Notes: a model not told the origin generated them from the sequence alone. Counted from the first letter of the stretch, positions 1 through 10,710 are shown. The stretch: DNA of 43,005 nt from Candidatus Izemoplasmataceae bacterium (GCA_965659955.1 CBFHYA010000004.1:19364-62368), one strand, 5' to 3'. A program made the numbers and translations.

Positions 1-1
1 T

Positions 2-385
2 AAAGAAAAACAGTCGCTTCTTCTCACTCAAACCGAACAAGCGCAAGCACGGTCTCAAACCATCATTGAAGCGATTGACCGAGAACTCTCTGATCCCATC
101 CAAATTCCATCCAATCCTCATGATGCCATCATGGCCACCATTGAAGCCAAAGAAAAAACGCTTCAACTCACCCATGAACAGTGGCGATCTGAGCGTTTAA
201 TGAAGAAAAACGAACGACTTAATGTGCTTAACCGGACCCAATCAACCATCAAAAACCGTTTGATAGATACGTCGGTGAAAACGCGGATGAAAGTGGAGAA
301 GATTGAAAATCTTCAAAACAAAGCCATTAGTGAATCATATAAGATCTTACACAAGCAATTTAAAAAAGATAAAAAAGCCCTCTAA
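2..385 (+). CDS. Hypothetical coiled-coil protein, C-terminal fragment (5' end lies outside the window)
   Basis: Frame 2 is open from nt 2 to the TAA at 383-385; the ORF track only starts at the internal Met at 131. The sequence is K/E/Q-rich and heptad-like with no catalytic motif. A hairpin terminator follows. Confidence 0.5.
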   Translation, partial: KEKQSLLLTQTEQAQARSQTIIEAIDRELSDPIQIPSNPHDAIMATIEAKEKTLQLTHEQWRSERLMKKNERLNVLNRTQSTIKNRLIDTSVKTRMKVEKIENLQNKAISESYKILHKQFKKDKKAL

Positions 386-412
386 ACCCTCATTTTATGA
401 GGGTTTTTATTT
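384..412 (+). terminator. Rho-independent terminator (10-bp stem AAACCCTCAT/ATGAGGGTTT followed by a T-rich tail). It sits between convergent genes and overlaps the deoB stop.
   Basis: Perfect inverted repeat 384-393/397-406 followed by TTATTT. Confidence 0.6.
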
Positions 413-1577
413 GCGGATAAAACGAGGTGCCGTTTGGAGTTTTAAGGACACCATAGATGTCTGAAATGGTCGCACCTAAAGAACTAAATGACATCAAATC
501 ACCCAGATGAAGCGATGACTTGAAGGCTTTTGAATGGATCAATAAGGGCACATATTCCCTCGTGTGATCGGTGCCCGTATGCGTGGGGTCATTCCCGTGA
601 TCCGCGGTAACCATAAGTAAATCATCCGCGCGCATTTGATCCATGAATGTTTTGAGTTGGGCGTCGAATGTTTCTAAAGCTTGATGATAGCCTTCAGGAT
701 CTCTGCGGTGACCATATAGGGCATCAAAATCCACAAGATTTAAAAAGGCTAAGCCTTCAAAGTCTTCTTTTAATGCTTCAGTAAAATGCTTCATGCCTTC
801 GTCATTAGACGCTTGGCGGCGGCTTTTTGTGATGCCTTCACCATCGTAAATGTCCGCAATTTTTCCAAACGCTAAGACGCTTAATCCCGCTTTTTTGAGG
901 TAATCCAATGTGGTTTTTGCAAACGGTTTTAACGCGTAATCATGACGGTTGGCAGTGCGGGTGAAGCCCGCTTCTTCACTTCCGATAAAGGGGCGAGCGA
1001 TGATGCGGCCCAGTTTATATGGCCCTTTCAAAGTGAGTTCACGGGCGATTTCACAGGCTTGATAGAGTTCATCCAAAGGCACGACGTCTTCATGCGCCGC
1101 AATTTGTAAAACACTATCGGCACTCGTATAGACAATTAAGGCACCGGTTTTGACATGTTCGGGGCCTAGTTCTCTGATGATTTCGGTCCCTGAGGCGGCT
1201 TTATTACCGATGATTTTCCGGCCCCATTTTTCTTCTAAGGTCTTGATTAAATCTTCGGGAAATCCAGTTTCTGTGAAGGTTTGAAAAGGGACATCAATTT
1301 GCAGACCCATGAGTTCCCAGTGTCCGGTCATCGTATCTTTACCCGCACTGGTTTCTTGCATACGCGCATACGCTACCTGTTTGGCTTTCGGTTCGATTCC
1401 TGGAATTTCGGTCAAATGGCCAAGGCCTAAGGCTTCTAAGGTGGGTAAATGAATCGATCCCTTAGACTCAGCCGTGTGCCGCATGGTATGTGTGCCGACA
1501 TCGTTAAAGGCCGCGGCATCCGGGGCCGCGCCGATTCCGACTGAATCCATGACAATGACAAACGTGCGTTTAAACAT
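390..1577 (-). CDS. deoB: Phosphopentomutase
   Basis: 395-aa ORF with the N-terminal VMDSVGIG and C-terminal TADHGNDP metal-site motifs of phosphopentomutase. It lies directly downstream of xerD, as in Bacillus (ripX-drm). Confidence 0.93.
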   Translation of the reverse strand: MFKRTFVIVMDSVGIGAAPDAAAFNDVGTHTMRHTAESKGSIHLPTLEALGLGHLTEIPGIEPKAKQVAYARMQETSAGKDTMTGHWELMGLQIDVPFQTFTETGFPEDLIKTLEEKWGRKIIGNKAASGTEIIRELGPEHVKTGALIVYTSADSVLQIAAHEDVVPLDELYQACEIARELTLKGPYKLGRIIARPFIGSEEAGFTRTANRHDYALKPFAKTTLDYLKKAGLSVLAFGKIADIYDGEGITKSRRQASNDEGMKHFTEALKEDFEGLAFLNLVDFDALYGHRRDPEGYHQALETFDAQLKTFMDQMRADDLLMVTADHGNDPTHTGTDHTREYVPLLIHSKAFKSSLHLGDLMSFSSLGATISDIYGVLKTPNGTSFYPQIKTLIK

Positions 1578-1586
1578 ACGTAACTC

Positions 1587-2480
1587 CTAAAATTTAGTGG
1601 GATGGTATTGATCGTAAATGGCTTTGATATGACTGGTCGATAAATGCGTATAAATTTCCGTGGTGGAAACATCCACATGGCCAAGCATCTCTTGAACGTA
1701 GCGTAAATCCACGCCGCGCTCCAAGAGATGGGTCGCAAATGAATGCCTAAGCGTATGCGGACTGACCGTATGGCTAATTCCCGCCTTTAACGCTAAGTCT
1801 TTTAACACTTTAAAAAACCCTACCCGTGAAATAGGATGGCCGTGCCGGTTTAAAAATACATACGCGCTCGGGGCTTTGGCTAGTTTTAACCGGCCGCCTT
1901 CTAAATAGGTTTTTAATGCACTGATCGCATACGCTGAAAGTGGGACGACGCGGCGCTTTTGACCTTTTCCAATGACATCCACACGTGATTCATTGAGGTG
2001 CAGTTGATTGGTCGTGAGTTCACACAGTTCACTGATTCTGAGGCCGGAGCCATAAAGCAATTCAACCATCGCTTTATTGCGTTGAGAAAGCGGGGCATCC
2101 CCGTCGGTTTGCGCGATGATTGCAGTGATATCCTCCATGCTTAACACCACCGGAAGATGCGCTTTTTTCTTCGGCTTGGCAATCCGGGTGATAATGTTTT
2201 CTTTCAGTATTTTTTCTTTCACTAAATACGCATGAAATTGATTTATCGAAGAGAGTTTCCGGGAGAGCGTTGACGCTTGGTAATGCTTTTTTCTTAACGT
2301 CATCACATAGTTCGTGACGTCTTTACGGCTGATTAACTCCGGATCATCCAGACCTCGCACCTCGTTTAAATACGTCACATAATCGGCACAATCTTTAAGG
2401 TAAGCTTGCAGTGTATTCGCTGAAAGCCCAGACGATGCGCGCAAATCATATTCAAATTCTTTTAGCAGTGTCTTCATCAT
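1587..2480 (-). CDS. xerD: Tyrosine recombinase XerD (chromosome dimer resolution)
   Basis: Catalytic signature is visible: LLYGSGLRISE (Arg), HTLRHSFATHLL (H-x-x-R), LGHVDVSTTEIYTH (His, Tyr). The ORF-track start at 2546 lies inside hemW. The Met-Met-Lys at 2480/2477 gives the usual N-terminus MKTLLKEF. Synteny with deoB supports XerD rather than a phage integrase. Confidence 0.85.
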   Translation of the reverse strand: MMKTLLKEFEYDLRASSGLSANTLQAYLKDCADYVTYLNEVRGLDDPELISRKDVTNYVMTLRKKHYQASTLSRKLSSINQFHAYLVKEKILKENIITRIAKPKKKAHLPVVLSMEDITAIIAQTDGDAPLSQRNKAMVELLYGSGLRISELCELTTNQLHLNESRVDVIGKGQKRRVVPLSAYAISALKTYLEGGRLKLAKAPSAYVFLNRHGHPISRVGFFKVLKDLALKAGISHTVSPHTLRHSFATHLLERGVDLRYVQEMLGHVDVSTTEIYTHLSTSHIKAIYDQYHPTKF

Positions 2481-3588
2481 CCAAACAATCCATCCATACG
2501 TTATTGGCGAAAAATAGACCTTTATCCGTGAGTTGTAGTTGATCATTTTTAATCATAATGAGCCCTTCTTCAAGGCGATCTTTAAGGCCCGGAAAGCGCG
2601 TTAAAGGATGCACTCCAAAGGCGGTTTCAAAGGCGGTTACATTCACACCTTCTTTCATCCTTAGGCCCATTAATAGTGTATCATGGATGGGTTGATAGGG
2701 ATAATCGATGCGCGCCTTTAAGCCCTTTTCAAGCATCGCATCGGTGTATTTTTTGACTGACCTTATGTTTTCATAACGGGTATTTTCTAATCGGCCATGA
2801 GCGCCAGCGCCTAATCCAAGGTAGGCTTCATTGCGCCAGTAAATGGGGTTATGGATCGACCTTCTACCGGGCCGTGCAAAACTTGAGATCTCGTAGTGCT
2901 CGTAGCCTTCTTCTTTCATCCGCTTGATGATATGGGCATACATATCAGCCACCAGATCATCATCCGGTAAAGTCAGTAAGCCGTGCTTGATTTGATGATG
3001 AAGTTTCGTATGGTCTTCTAAAATGAGCGCGTAAATCGAATAATGCTCCGCGCCAACTTGAATGAATTTTTCTAAGTCTTCTTGAAATCTGTCCCATGAT
3101 TGAGCGGGCAGGCCAAACATGATATCTAATGAATAATGGGTGAGACCGGCACTTTTAAGATGATCCAAAGCGTTTAAAACGTCGACTTGGCGATGATCAC
3201 GGTTAATCAAAGTCAACAAAGCATCGTTAAACGTTTGCACGCCCAAACTCACCCGTGTGACTCCATACGCTTTTAAAAGCCGGGCTTTCTTAGGGGTTAA
3301 ACTCGATGGATTGGCTTCCACCGTAAATTCCTTGAGATCTTTAACATTCAAATGGTGATTGATTTCCATCAATAACGCTTCAAAGTCTTCATCGGAGAGT
3401 GCGGTGGGTGTTCCCCCTCCAATGTAGACCGTATCGGTAGTTTGAAAAAGTGCCTCTGAAAGTTTCATTTCATAAAAAAGCGCCTTTAAATAGGCGCGTT
3501 TTTTTTCTGGTTTCGCGATTTCTTTAGCAAAGTCACAGTAGGTGCATAGTTTTTCACAAAATGGAATGTGGATGTAGGTCCCAAACAC
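2452..3588 (-). CDS. hemW: Radical-SAM heme chaperone HemW (HemN-like, oxygen-independent coproporphyrinogen oxidase family)
   Basis: CxxxCxxC cluster motif (CEKLCTYCDF) lies 10 aa from the N-terminus. Length and C-terminal domain fit HemW. The GTG start shares one nt with the upstream TAG stop. lepA is nearby, as in Firmicutes. Confidence 0.87.
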   Translation of the reverse strand: MFGTYIHIPFCEKLCTYCDFAKEIAKPEKKRAYLKALFYEMKLSEALFQTTDTVYIGGGTPTALSDEDFEALLMEINHHLNVKDLKEFTVEANPSSLTPKKARLLKAYGVTRVSLGVQTFNDALLTLINRDHRQVDVLNALDHLKSAGLTHYSLDIMFGLPAQSWDRFQEDLEKFIQVGAEHYSIYALILEDHTKLHHQIKHGLLTLPDDDLVADMYAHIIKRMKEEGYEHYEISSFARPGRRSIHNPIYWRNEAYLGLGAGAHGRLENTRYENIRSVKKYTDAMLEKGLKARIDYPYQPIHDTLLMGLRMKEGVNVTAFETAFGVHPLTRFPGLKDRLEEGLIMIKNDQLQLTDKGLFFANNVWMDCLDDEDTAKRI

Positions 3589-4994
3589 TAAAGTTTCACC
3601 TTCGGATTGAAGTACAATAAGATTCCCGCAAATATACTAAACAAGGCGGCGATAATGCCCAAGACTAACCACGTGGAGGCATCCGAAACCGGCGCAACCC
3701 CAACCAGTAAGATGACGGGGAAGCCAAAGAGAATGGCCGTGGACGACCCAACGACTAAATCAGACGCTGCTGGTGTTTTAAATTCAGGGTCCAATTCACG
3801 GATTAAAATGACACCCGTGGACGCGGTCCCCGTGAGCATGCCAAACATCCCAAGCGTTGCCTCGTTTTTATATTCGGGATAAATCCGACTCGTCATAAAA
3901 ATCATATACACTGCGGTGGTTAACCCAACAATCAGTCCAAGTGTCAGCAATAAGACCCAGTAACGTGCTAAGTCTTCCAGCCGGATGGCCGCAATGGATG
4001 CAACGATCATAATGTCAAAAGTGAACCCACTAATGCGGTTGAGTAAAAAGTTGTTGGGGTATTGACGCGTCATCACTTTGTTTTTTCTTAAAAGCAAGAG
4101 AATTTGTTTGAGTAATAGTGCAAACAACATCCCAATGATGAAGTTAAAGCCCCAAAGAAGTGGCCCGATGGTATTGATGCCAAAATCACCCAAAGCGCCG
4201 CTATTTAACCAATTGGTCGTCCCGCGGATCGCGCCGTATGTAATGAGATAGACAAATAACACAATGATGACTTGAATGGTAAATTTATCGATGGATTCCG
4301 CTAAAGGGATCTCATCTGGGGAAGAATTGAGTTGGGGGGAATTAAAGGTATCCACGGCCGTTTCTGTGCGTTTTACATGGCCTTTTTTCGCCAAATAATT
4401 GAGATAAATCACACCGAATACAGCCGCCCATAAAAAACCAAACGAGGCAATCGCGAGCCCAAAGCTTGCGCCGCCTGTAAAGCCATACGATGTCTCATAC
4501 ACCGTCCCAATGTTGAGAGCTTGACCTGGGCCTTGACCGAAGCCCATGGGGAATAAGATCCCACTGCTTCTAAAGAGATCCGGCATAAATGTATAAGAAA
4601 GCCCAAGGGTAATTGAAAGACCCACTAAGCCTTGAATCAGATAGGTCGAAACAATGAGTAAACCACTAAAAAAGCTTTGGCCACGCTTCAGTTGATAGCG
4701 CGCTTTTTCACTAACTTTAAGTCCCAACGCAATAAACCCTAAAGCAATTGCGTGATAGGTAATTAAACTAAAAAACTGGTTCAGCGCCAAAACATCTTCA
4801 GGATTTGCGAGTGGGGCATAGATAAACTCTTTAATTAAAAGACCTAAGAACCCCGCAATGACCGCACTGGGTAGTAAAGAACGTCTTAAAAATGGCACTT
4901 TACGTCTCAAGGTATTCCCTAAGAGTAAAAGCACCGCAATGATGCCAAAATAATAAATGGATTGCCAAGCATCGGGATTGGTAAAATCAAACAT
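3588..4994 (-). CDS. Polytopic membrane transporter, Na+/glutamate symporter (GltS/ESS)-like
   Basis: 468 aa with 10 or more hydrophobic helices. The N-terminal pattern LLLGNTLRRKVPFLRRSLLPSAVIAGFLG and the Gly-rich re-entrant-like segments (GFGQGPGQAL; GMLTGTASTG) resemble GltS family repeats. This is an assignment by eye only. Confidence 0.55.
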   Translation of the reverse strand: MFDFTNPDAWQSIYYFGIIAVLLLLGNTLRRKVPFLRRSLLPSAVIAGFLGLLIKEFIYAPLANPEDVLALNQFFSLITYHAIALGFIALGLKVSEKARYQLKRGQSFFSGLLIVSTYLIQGLVGLSITLGLSYTFMPDLFRSSGILFPMGFGQGPGQALNIGTVYETSYGFTGGASFGLAIASFGFLWAAVFGVIYLNYLAKKGHVKRTETAVDTFNSPQLNSSPDEIPLAESIDKFTIQVIIVLFVYLITYGAIRGTTNWLNSGALGDFGINTIGPLLWGFNFIIGMLFALLLKQILLLLRKNKVMTRQYPNNFLLNRISGFTFDIMIVASIAAIRLEDLARYWVLLLTLGLIVGLTTAVYMIFMTSRIYPEYKNEATLGMFGMLTGTASTGVILIRELDPEFKTPAASDLVVGSSTAILFGFPVILLVGVAPVSDASTWLVLGIIAALFSIFAGILLYFNPKVKL

Positions 4995-6165
4995 AAGAAG
5001 TCTCCTTTTGGAGGATTTTGATCATTGATACGTATTTGAGTGCACTGCGCTTTTCATCGCTTAAAAGGTAATACGTTTTCGCAGTGGGTCGGTGATATAA
5101 AATCAATCCGTTGCGGTGTTGGACCGCAGAGTCGATATCCATTGGGTCCCACTTTTCTTGCGTGTGCGGACCTTCAATTGTGAGCGATTTTTTCGTCAAG
5201 GTGATCGAGACCCGGTCTCGTTTTTCTTTGGGTTTTAGATCTAAAATCTCATAGAGTGTTTCATCCGCGTTATGAAATAAAATGGCGTCGTCTTTTTGCG
5301 TTTCAACCATTGATTTAAAAACCGCGATCTGATCGTCAAACCAAGCGGGTGTTGCAGTGAAGTAACGCCCCTCAAAGCGTGGTTCAAACCGCCCATAATC
5401 ATTGACTGTCACGTGGAATTCACACGCCGTGCAGCGCACATCATCGCCTTTAGAATAAAGCGTTTCCACCCTATGACAATGCGGACAGACCACATACGCA
5501 GACTCGATATTAACCGCTTTATTTTTTCCTTTAAAAGGAGTATCAGTGAATATTTTAAAATCATTCACCGCCAGTGTTTTTTTAATGTATTGATGTAAAG
5601 TTTCAACGTCCATGGCCGCAATTTCTTCAACCGTTAAAATCTTTTTAACCGATCCATGCATCTTCCCTTTACGGCCGTATTTGGCCCATCTGGGATGCGA
5701 TAAGTGTCCGCCTGTAATGGTATGGAATAAGACTTTGACTTTGGCTTTTTTAACCAGTTTCGCAATCGCGATACTGATCGGCATTTGTTCGCCTGAAAAG
5801 CTCGTATTGCCTTCTGGATACAAAGCAACATGTTGACCCTCTTTAAGGGTTTTAAGAATGGCTTTGGTGCTTCTGAAGTCGCTGCGAAATTTATTGATGG
5901 GAATCGGGGCCACCAAATAGTCTAGGACTCTTGACCAGACGCGCAAATTATAAATCATCGTGGAGGCGACGAAATAAATCGGTTTTTTAAAACTAAACGC
6001 CATAAACACAGGATCTAAGGCTTGGGTGTGATTGCCCAAGATTAAATAGGGTTCCAATGTTTCTTCGAACCTATCAAATGTATATTGATATTTAAAGCGT
6101 GCATACCATTCAAATACTTTGCGAAAAATGGCAAACGTCACGCGATGGCGGAATTTATAACGCAT
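4987..6165 (-). CDS. Lysophospholipid (PlsC-family) acyltransferase with a C-terminal Zn-ribbon-containing extension
   Basis: HX4D acyltransferase motif (NHTQALD) and a downstream YPEGNTS block. The C-terminal half contains CPHC-x14-CTAC (zinc ribbon). It overlaps the downstream transporter gene by 8 nt. Confidence 0.65.
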   Translation of the reverse strand: MRYKFRHRVTFAIFRKVFEWYARFKYQYTFDRFEETLEPYLILGNHTQALDPVFMAFSFKKPIYFVASTMIYNLRVWSRVLDYLVAPIPINKFRSDFRSTKAILKTLKEGQHVALYPEGNTSFSGEQMPISIAIAKLVKKAKVKVLFHTITGGHLSHPRWAKYGRKGKMHGSVKKILTVEEIAAMDVETLHQYIKKTLAVNDFKIFTDTPFKGKNKAVNIESAYVVCPHCHRVETLYSKGDDVRCTACEFHVTVNDYGRFEPRFEGRYFTATPAWFDDQIAVFKSMVETQKDDAILFHNADETLYEILDLKPKEKRDRVSITLTKKSLTIEGPHTQEKWDPMDIDSAVQHRNGLILYHRPTAKTYYLLSDEKRSALKYVSMIKILQKETSYV

Positions 6166-6190
6166 GCGAGACTCCTCAGATGTTTGATAA

Positions 6191-6199
6191 ATTATAGCA
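6191..6199 (-). promoter_or_regulatory. Extended -10 promoter element TGCTATAAT for the acyltransferase-gltS-like-hemW-xerD-deoB gene string
   Basis: The reverse complement of 6191-6199 reads TGCTATAAT, about 25 nt upstream of the ATG at 6165 and its GAGGAG RBS. Confidence 0.4.
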
Positions 6200-6230
6200 T
6201 ATTTCTTTCAAAACTAAGTTTAATGTTTGG

Positions 6231-8048
6231 TTAATCTTCTAAAGACAACACACTGAGGAACGCTTCTTGAGGGACATCCACTTTCCCCACGGTCTTCATT
6301 CGCTTCTTGCCTTCTTTTTGTTTTTCTAGCAGTTTTTTCTTCCGAGAAATATCGCCCCCATAACACTTGGCGATGACGTTTTTTCGCATCGCTTTGATCG
6401 TGGATCGGGCGATGATTTTTCCGCCAATGGCGGCTTGAATGGGGACTTCAAACATTTGTCTTGGGATGAGTTCTTTGAGTTTGTCGGCCATCTTCTTCCC
6501 ACGCGAGTACGCGAAATCTCGGTGGACGATGGAAGAAAGCGCGTCGACGATTTCAGCGTTAATTAAAATATCCATCTTAACAAGTTGGGAGGGGATATAG
6601 CGCTCAAACACATAATCAAACGACGCATAGCCTTTGGATGTGGATTTGAGTTTATCAAAAAAGTCATAGACAATTTCGAGTAAGGGAAGCTCATACGTGA
6701 TTTCGACTCTGGAATCACTGAGGTAATCCATTTTAACGTAGGTGCCCCGCTTTTTCTGACAGAGCTCCATGACATTCCCCACATAATCTTTAGGGGTCAT
6801 GAGCGTGGCTTTCATCAGCGGTTCTTCAATCCGATCGATTTTGGATGGATCCGGTAATAACGAAGGATTATCAACCACCACCATCGAGCCATCACTTAAA
6901 TACACATGGTAAGAAACCGACGGGGCCGTGGCTAAGATGCCTAAATTGAATTCCCTCTCTAAACGTTCTTGGACAATTTCTAAATGAAGCATGCCTAAAA
7001 ATCCGACGCGAAAGCCAAAGCCTAAGGCCCCGGAGGTTTCCGGTTCAAAAATGAGCGACGCATCATTGAGATGGAGCTTCGCCAGCGCATCTTTAAGTGG
7101 CCCATAATCATTAGAGTCTAGAGGGTATAAGCCGCAATAAACCATCGGATTTAATGGGCGGTATCCAGGTAACGGGGTATCGGTCGGACGTTTTTTATCC
7201 GTGATGGTATCCCCGACGCGTACATGATCTGGGTCTTTAATGTTCGCCACACAATATCCGACATCCCCGGGAACGAGCATCTCAACGGGTTTTGCAGTCG
7301 GAGTATTGACGCCCACTTCTAACACTTCATACGATGCTTGGGACGCCACCATTTGGATGACATCACCTTTTTTTAAGGTGCCATCGACAATCCGGATGGA
7401 AGGAATCACCCCACGATACGGATCGTAATATGAATCAAATATGAGCGCTCGCAAGCTGTCTTCAGGATCACCTTCAGGTGGCGGGACTTGATCGATGATC
7501 GCATCCAAAATAAGCTCGATTCCAATGCCTTCTTTGGCCGATACTAAAGGCGCGTTAGACGCATCAAGTGCGAGCATATTTTCAATGTCTTCTTTAACGC
7601 CTTCAATGTTGGCGCTGGGTAAATCAATTTTATTGATGACGGGAATAATTTCTAAGTTGTTGTCATACGCTAAATACACATTCGCGAGCGTCTGGGCTTC
7701 AATACCTTGGGCGGCGTCCACGACTAAAATAGCGCCTTCACAGGCGGCTAATGAGCGGGAAACTTCATAGGTAAAATCGACGTGACCTGGGGTATCAATC
7801 AAATGAAAGATATAGGTTTCATCGTTTTTTTGGTAATGCAGTTCCACCGCATTCAGTTTGATGGTAATGCCCCGTTCACGCTCGATGTCCATGGAGTCTA
7901 AAAGTTGCGCTTTCATCTCCCTTTTGGTCACGCTATGGGTCATTTCTAAAATACGGTCTGCGAGGGTGCTTTTTCCGTGATCGATGTGCGCAATGATGGA
8001 AAAATTGCGAATTCGTCGCATCCGGTCTTGTATCTGTTTTAGGTCCAA
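6231..8048 (-). CDS. lepA: Translation elongation factor 4 (LepA)
   Basis: 605 aa. GTPase motifs [14 protein letters not shown] and NKID, plus the LepA-specific C-terminal domain. TTG start preceded by an AAAGGA RBS. Confidence 0.95.
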   Translation of the reverse strand: MDLKQIQDRMRRIRNFSIIAHIDHGKSTLADRILEMTHSVTKREMKAQLLDSMDIERERGITIKLNAVELHYQKNDETYIFHLIDTPGHVDFTYEVSRSLAACEGAILVVDAAQGIEAQTLANVYLAYDNNLEIIPVINKIDLPSANIEGVKEDIENMLALDASNAPLVSAKEGIGIELILDAIIDQVPPPEGDPEDSLRALIFDSYYDPYRGVIPSIRIVDGTLKKGDVIQMVASQASYEVLEVGVNTPTAKPVEMLVPGDVGYCVANIKDPDHVRVGDTITDKKRPTDTPLPGYRPLNPMVYCGLYPLDSNDYGPLKDALAKLHLNDASLIFEPETSGALGFGFRVGFLGMLHLEIVQERLEREFNLGILATAPSVSYHVYLSDGSMVVVDNPSLLPDPSKIDRIEEPLMKATLMTPKDYVGNVMELCQKKRGTYVKMDYLSDSRVEITYELPLLEIVYDFFDKLKSTSKGYASFDYVFERYIPSQLVKMDILINAEIVDALSSIVHRDFAYSRGKKMADKLKELIPRQMFEVPIQAAIGGKIIARSTIKAMRKNVIAKCYGGDISRKKKLLEKQKEGKKRMKTVGKVDVPQEAFLSVLSLED

Positions 8049-8070
8049 ACGAGCACATCCTTTCTAGCCT

Positions 8071-8079
8071 ATTATATCA
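8071..8079 (-). promoter_or_regulatory. Extended -10 element TGATATAAT upstream of lepA
   Basis: The reverse complement reads TGATATAAT. It lies between the rnpB terminator and the lepA RBS. Confidence 0.4.
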
Positions 8080-8102
8080 AACTTAAGCCTACATTTAAGC
8101 GA

Positions 8103-8129
8103 TAAAAAAGAGACCTCAATGAGGTCTCT
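8103..8129 (-). terminator. Rho-independent terminator of rnpB
   Basis: 9-bp stem (AGAGACCTC/GAGGTCTCT) with a 3-nt loop, followed on the minus strand by a T6 run. Confidence 0.65.
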
Positions 8130-8130
8130 T

Positions 8131-8481
8131 CGCTTGCATTGAATAAGCCATGTTCTGTCCCCTTTAAAAAAGGGTGGCAACCATTTATCTGTACAATGTA
8201 CCTCGGCGTTAAGTTCAGTTCCTCACGCCAAGTGCCCCTACCAAAATTTGGGTTTCTAGCTTGTGGGGTTTACCCGTTCCACCTCTTTTATTGCTAAAAG
8301 AGCTCGTCTCTGTGGCACTTTTATAGATACTCAAGACTCCGGGGAGCCTCTTTCTCAGCCGTCACCCTTGCGGGTGCATAGAGTTATGGTTTCCTCTATC
8401 ACAATCACTACAGGCAATCGCAGCCTGTGCTAGCATGGACTTTCCTAACCATTTCTGGCTCGGTTGCCTACAATGCAAGGC
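8131..8481 (-). ncRNA. rnpB: RNase P RNA (ribozyme subunit; Bacillus/type-B-like)
   Basis: The minus strand carries the universally conserved P4 strands AGGAAAGUCCAUGC (RC of 8424-8437) and ACAGAACAUGGCUUA (RC of 8143-8157). A 9-bp P1 closes the molecule (CUUGCAUUG, RC of 8471-8479, pairs with CAAUGCAAG, RC of 8133-8141). No ORF is present, and the roughly 350-nt length is appropriate. Ends are good to about +/-5 nt. Confidence 0.85.
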
Positions 8482-8489
8482 AATTGATA

Positions 8490-10637
8490 TTATTTGTCTT
8501 TGGGTGTTTCTTTACTGGTTTCTTCGGGTTTTGGGAGTAATGCTTTATGGGAAAGGTCAATCCGGCCGCGTTCATCAATGCCGATGACTTTCACTTTTAA
8601 GGATTGACCCATCTTCACAACGTCTTCCACGTTGGCTACTCGGTGATGGGCCAGTTTCGAGACGTGGCATAGCCCATCGGTTCCCGGCCAAAGTTCCACA
8701 AAGCAGCCAAATTTTTCAATCCGGACGACTTTACCGTCGTACACTTCGCCGATCTTCGCGACTTTGACAATTTCTTCAATGATACTCATCGCTTTATCGA
8801 TTGGTTCATACCGGGGGTGCATCAAGGTGACGCGTCCATCTTGTTCAATATCGATTTTTATGCCATCGCATTTATCGATGATATCGTTGATGGATTTTCC
8901 GCCGGGCCCAATGACATCGCGGATTTTATCGGGCTCGATGAACATGATTTTAACTTTCGGCGCATATTTGGAAAGCTTAGGTCTGGGCCCTTCAATCGCT
9001 GAAAGCATGTTTTCTAAGATGTGTAGCCGTCCCACGCGTGCTTGAGCGAGGGCTTCTTCTAAGATTTCTTTGGATAACCCTTCGATCTTAATATCCATTT
9101 GTAAGGCGGTGATGCCTTTTTCAGTTCCGGCCACTTTGAAATCCATATCGCCTAAGTGATCTTCGAGGCCTTGGATATCCGAAAGCACACGGTGGGTATT
9201 TCCATCACTGATAAGACCCATCGCAATGCCCGCAACTGGTGCTTTTAAAGGCACCCCGGCGGCCATCAAACTCATACAGCCGGCACAAATGGACGCCTGA
9301 GAGGTCGAACCATTACTTTCTAAAATTTCCGATACGATCCGGATGGTATACGGGAAATCTTCTTCCGAAGGTAAGACTTGACGTAAAGCGCGCTCACCGA
9401 GTGCCCCGTGCCCAATTTCTCGGCGCCCAGGAGGCCCGTATCTTCCGTTTTCACCCACACTGTAAGGGGGGAAATTATAATGGAGCATAAACCGTTTGTA
9501 TTCTTCCCCTTCGCCGAGTCCATCAATGATTTGATGTTCTCTTAAAGCGCCAAGGGTCGTAATCGAAAGCGCTTGGGTTTCCCCGCGGGTAAATAATGCC
9601 GATCCGTGAGTACGTTCTAAGATATCGACTTGCGAATTCAAGGGACGAATATCGGTGAGGCCTCTTCCGTCCGGTCTTTTTTCATCGGCAATGATGAGCC
9701 GTCTGACTTCATTTTTAACTTCGTTATCGACCAATTTTTTGATGATTTTCATGGCGTCTTTCAGCTCATTTTCATCGAGGTCAGGACGGTCTTGCGCGTA
9801 GGTGGCTTCTAAATCATCTAAGATGGCCCCAATCGCGTCGCCGCGATCGTGACGACCATTAATCGCCGCCGCTTGCTTGATTTTTTCAAGCCCATTTTCT
9901 TGGACGAACTTGACGAATTCTTCAGGGTCTTCTGCCGGAATGAATTCGACCTTTTCAGGTTGTAAGGCTTCGATGATTTCTTCTTGGAACGCGACCAATT
10001 TTTTGATCCATTCATGGCCGAACATAATCGCATCCACCATGTCGGCTTCACTGGCTTCTAAGGCGCCGGCTTCCACCATGTTAATGGCATGTTTGGTTCC
10101 TGCGACGTAAAGATCAATGTCGGAGAGTTCTTTTTCTTCGGTGGTGGGGTTTAAAATAAACGTCCCGTCCACACGGCCGACTTCCACACCTGCAATGGGG
10201 CCTGAAAAAGGCGCTTGAGTCAGACTTAAAGACATCGAGCTTCCGAACATCGCCGTCGCCGATGGGGAGCGGTCCACGTTCCCACTTAAGACGGTGTTAA
10301 TGATTTGAATGTCATGTTTGTAGCCTTTGGGAAAAAGTGGTCTAATCGGGCGGTCAATGAGTCTGGCGCTTAAGGTTTCAGTCTCACTGGGTCTTCCTTC
10401 TCGTTTGAAGAAACCTCCCGGTATTTTTCCTGCGGCATATTGTTTTTCAGTGTAAATGATCATCAACGGGAAAAAATCCAATTGACTTTCGGTTCTCGAA
10501 ACTTGGCTGACACTCAACACAGCGGTATCGTCATAACGCACGAGCACTGCGGCGCTGGCTTGCTTGGCCAGTTCACCAAATTCGACACTGAGGCTTTTAC
10601 CATCTAAGTCCATGGTAAAGACTCTTTTTTCTGACAT
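8490..10637 (-). CDS. pnp: Polyribonucleotide nucleotidyltransferase (PNPase)
   Basis: 715 aa with two RNase PH-like domains plus KH (GPGGKSI) and S1 ([20 protein letters not shown]) domains. Confidence 0.95.
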   Translation of the reverse strand: MSEKRVFTMDLDGKSLSVEFGELAKQASAAVLVRYDDTAVLSVSQVSRTESQLDFFPLMIIYTEKQYAAGKIPGGFFKREGRPSETETLSARLIDRPIRPLFPKGYKHDIQIINTVLSGNVDRSPSATAMFGSSMSLSLTQAPFSGPIAGVEVGRVDGTFILNPTTEEKELSDIDLYVAGTKHAINMVEAGALEASEADMVDAIMFGHEWIKKLVAFQEEIIEALQPEKVEFIPAEDPEEFVKFVQENGLEKIKQAAAINGRHDRGDAIGAILDDLEATYAQDRPDLDENELKDAMKIIKKLVDNEVKNEVRRLIIADEKRPDGRGLTDIRPLNSQVDILERTHGSALFTRGETQALSITTLGALREHQIIDGLGEGEEYKRFMLHYNFPPYSVGENGRYGPPGRREIGHGALGERALRQVLPSEEDFPYTIRIVSEILESNGSTSQASICAGCMSLMAAGVPLKAPVAGIAMGLISDGNTHRVLSDIQGLEDHLGDMDFKVAGTEKGITALQMDIKIEGLSKEILEEALAQARVGRLHILENMLSAIEGPRPKLSKYAPKVKIMFIEPDKIRDVIGPGGKSINDIIDKCDGIKIDIEQDGRVTLMHPRYEPIDKAMSIIEEIVKVAKIGEVYDGKVVRIEKFGCFVELWPGTDGLCHVSKLAHHRVANVEDVVKMGQSLKVKVIGIDERGRIDLSHKALLPKPEETSKETPKDK

Positions 10638-10671
10638 ATAGTCTCCTCTTTTTTTAGTTTTCCAATTATTT

Positions 10672-10680
10672 ATTGTAGCA
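10672..10680 (-). promoter_or_regulatory. Extended -10 element TGCTACAAT upstream of pnp
   Basis: The reverse complement reads TGCTACAAT. It lies about 35 nt upstream of the pnp ATG, downstream of the preceding terminator. Confidence 0.4.
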
Positions 10681-10710
10681 TACTGTGGCCTTTAAGACCA
10701 CCCAACTTGA

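Noticed and set aside
1587-2546. The tyrosine recombinase as a marker of an integrated mobile element or prophage.
   Set aside because: It sits in the conserved xerD-deoB arrangement of Firmicutes. No att-like direct repeats, phage genes or IS genes flank it, and the nearest tRNA genes are 37 kb away.
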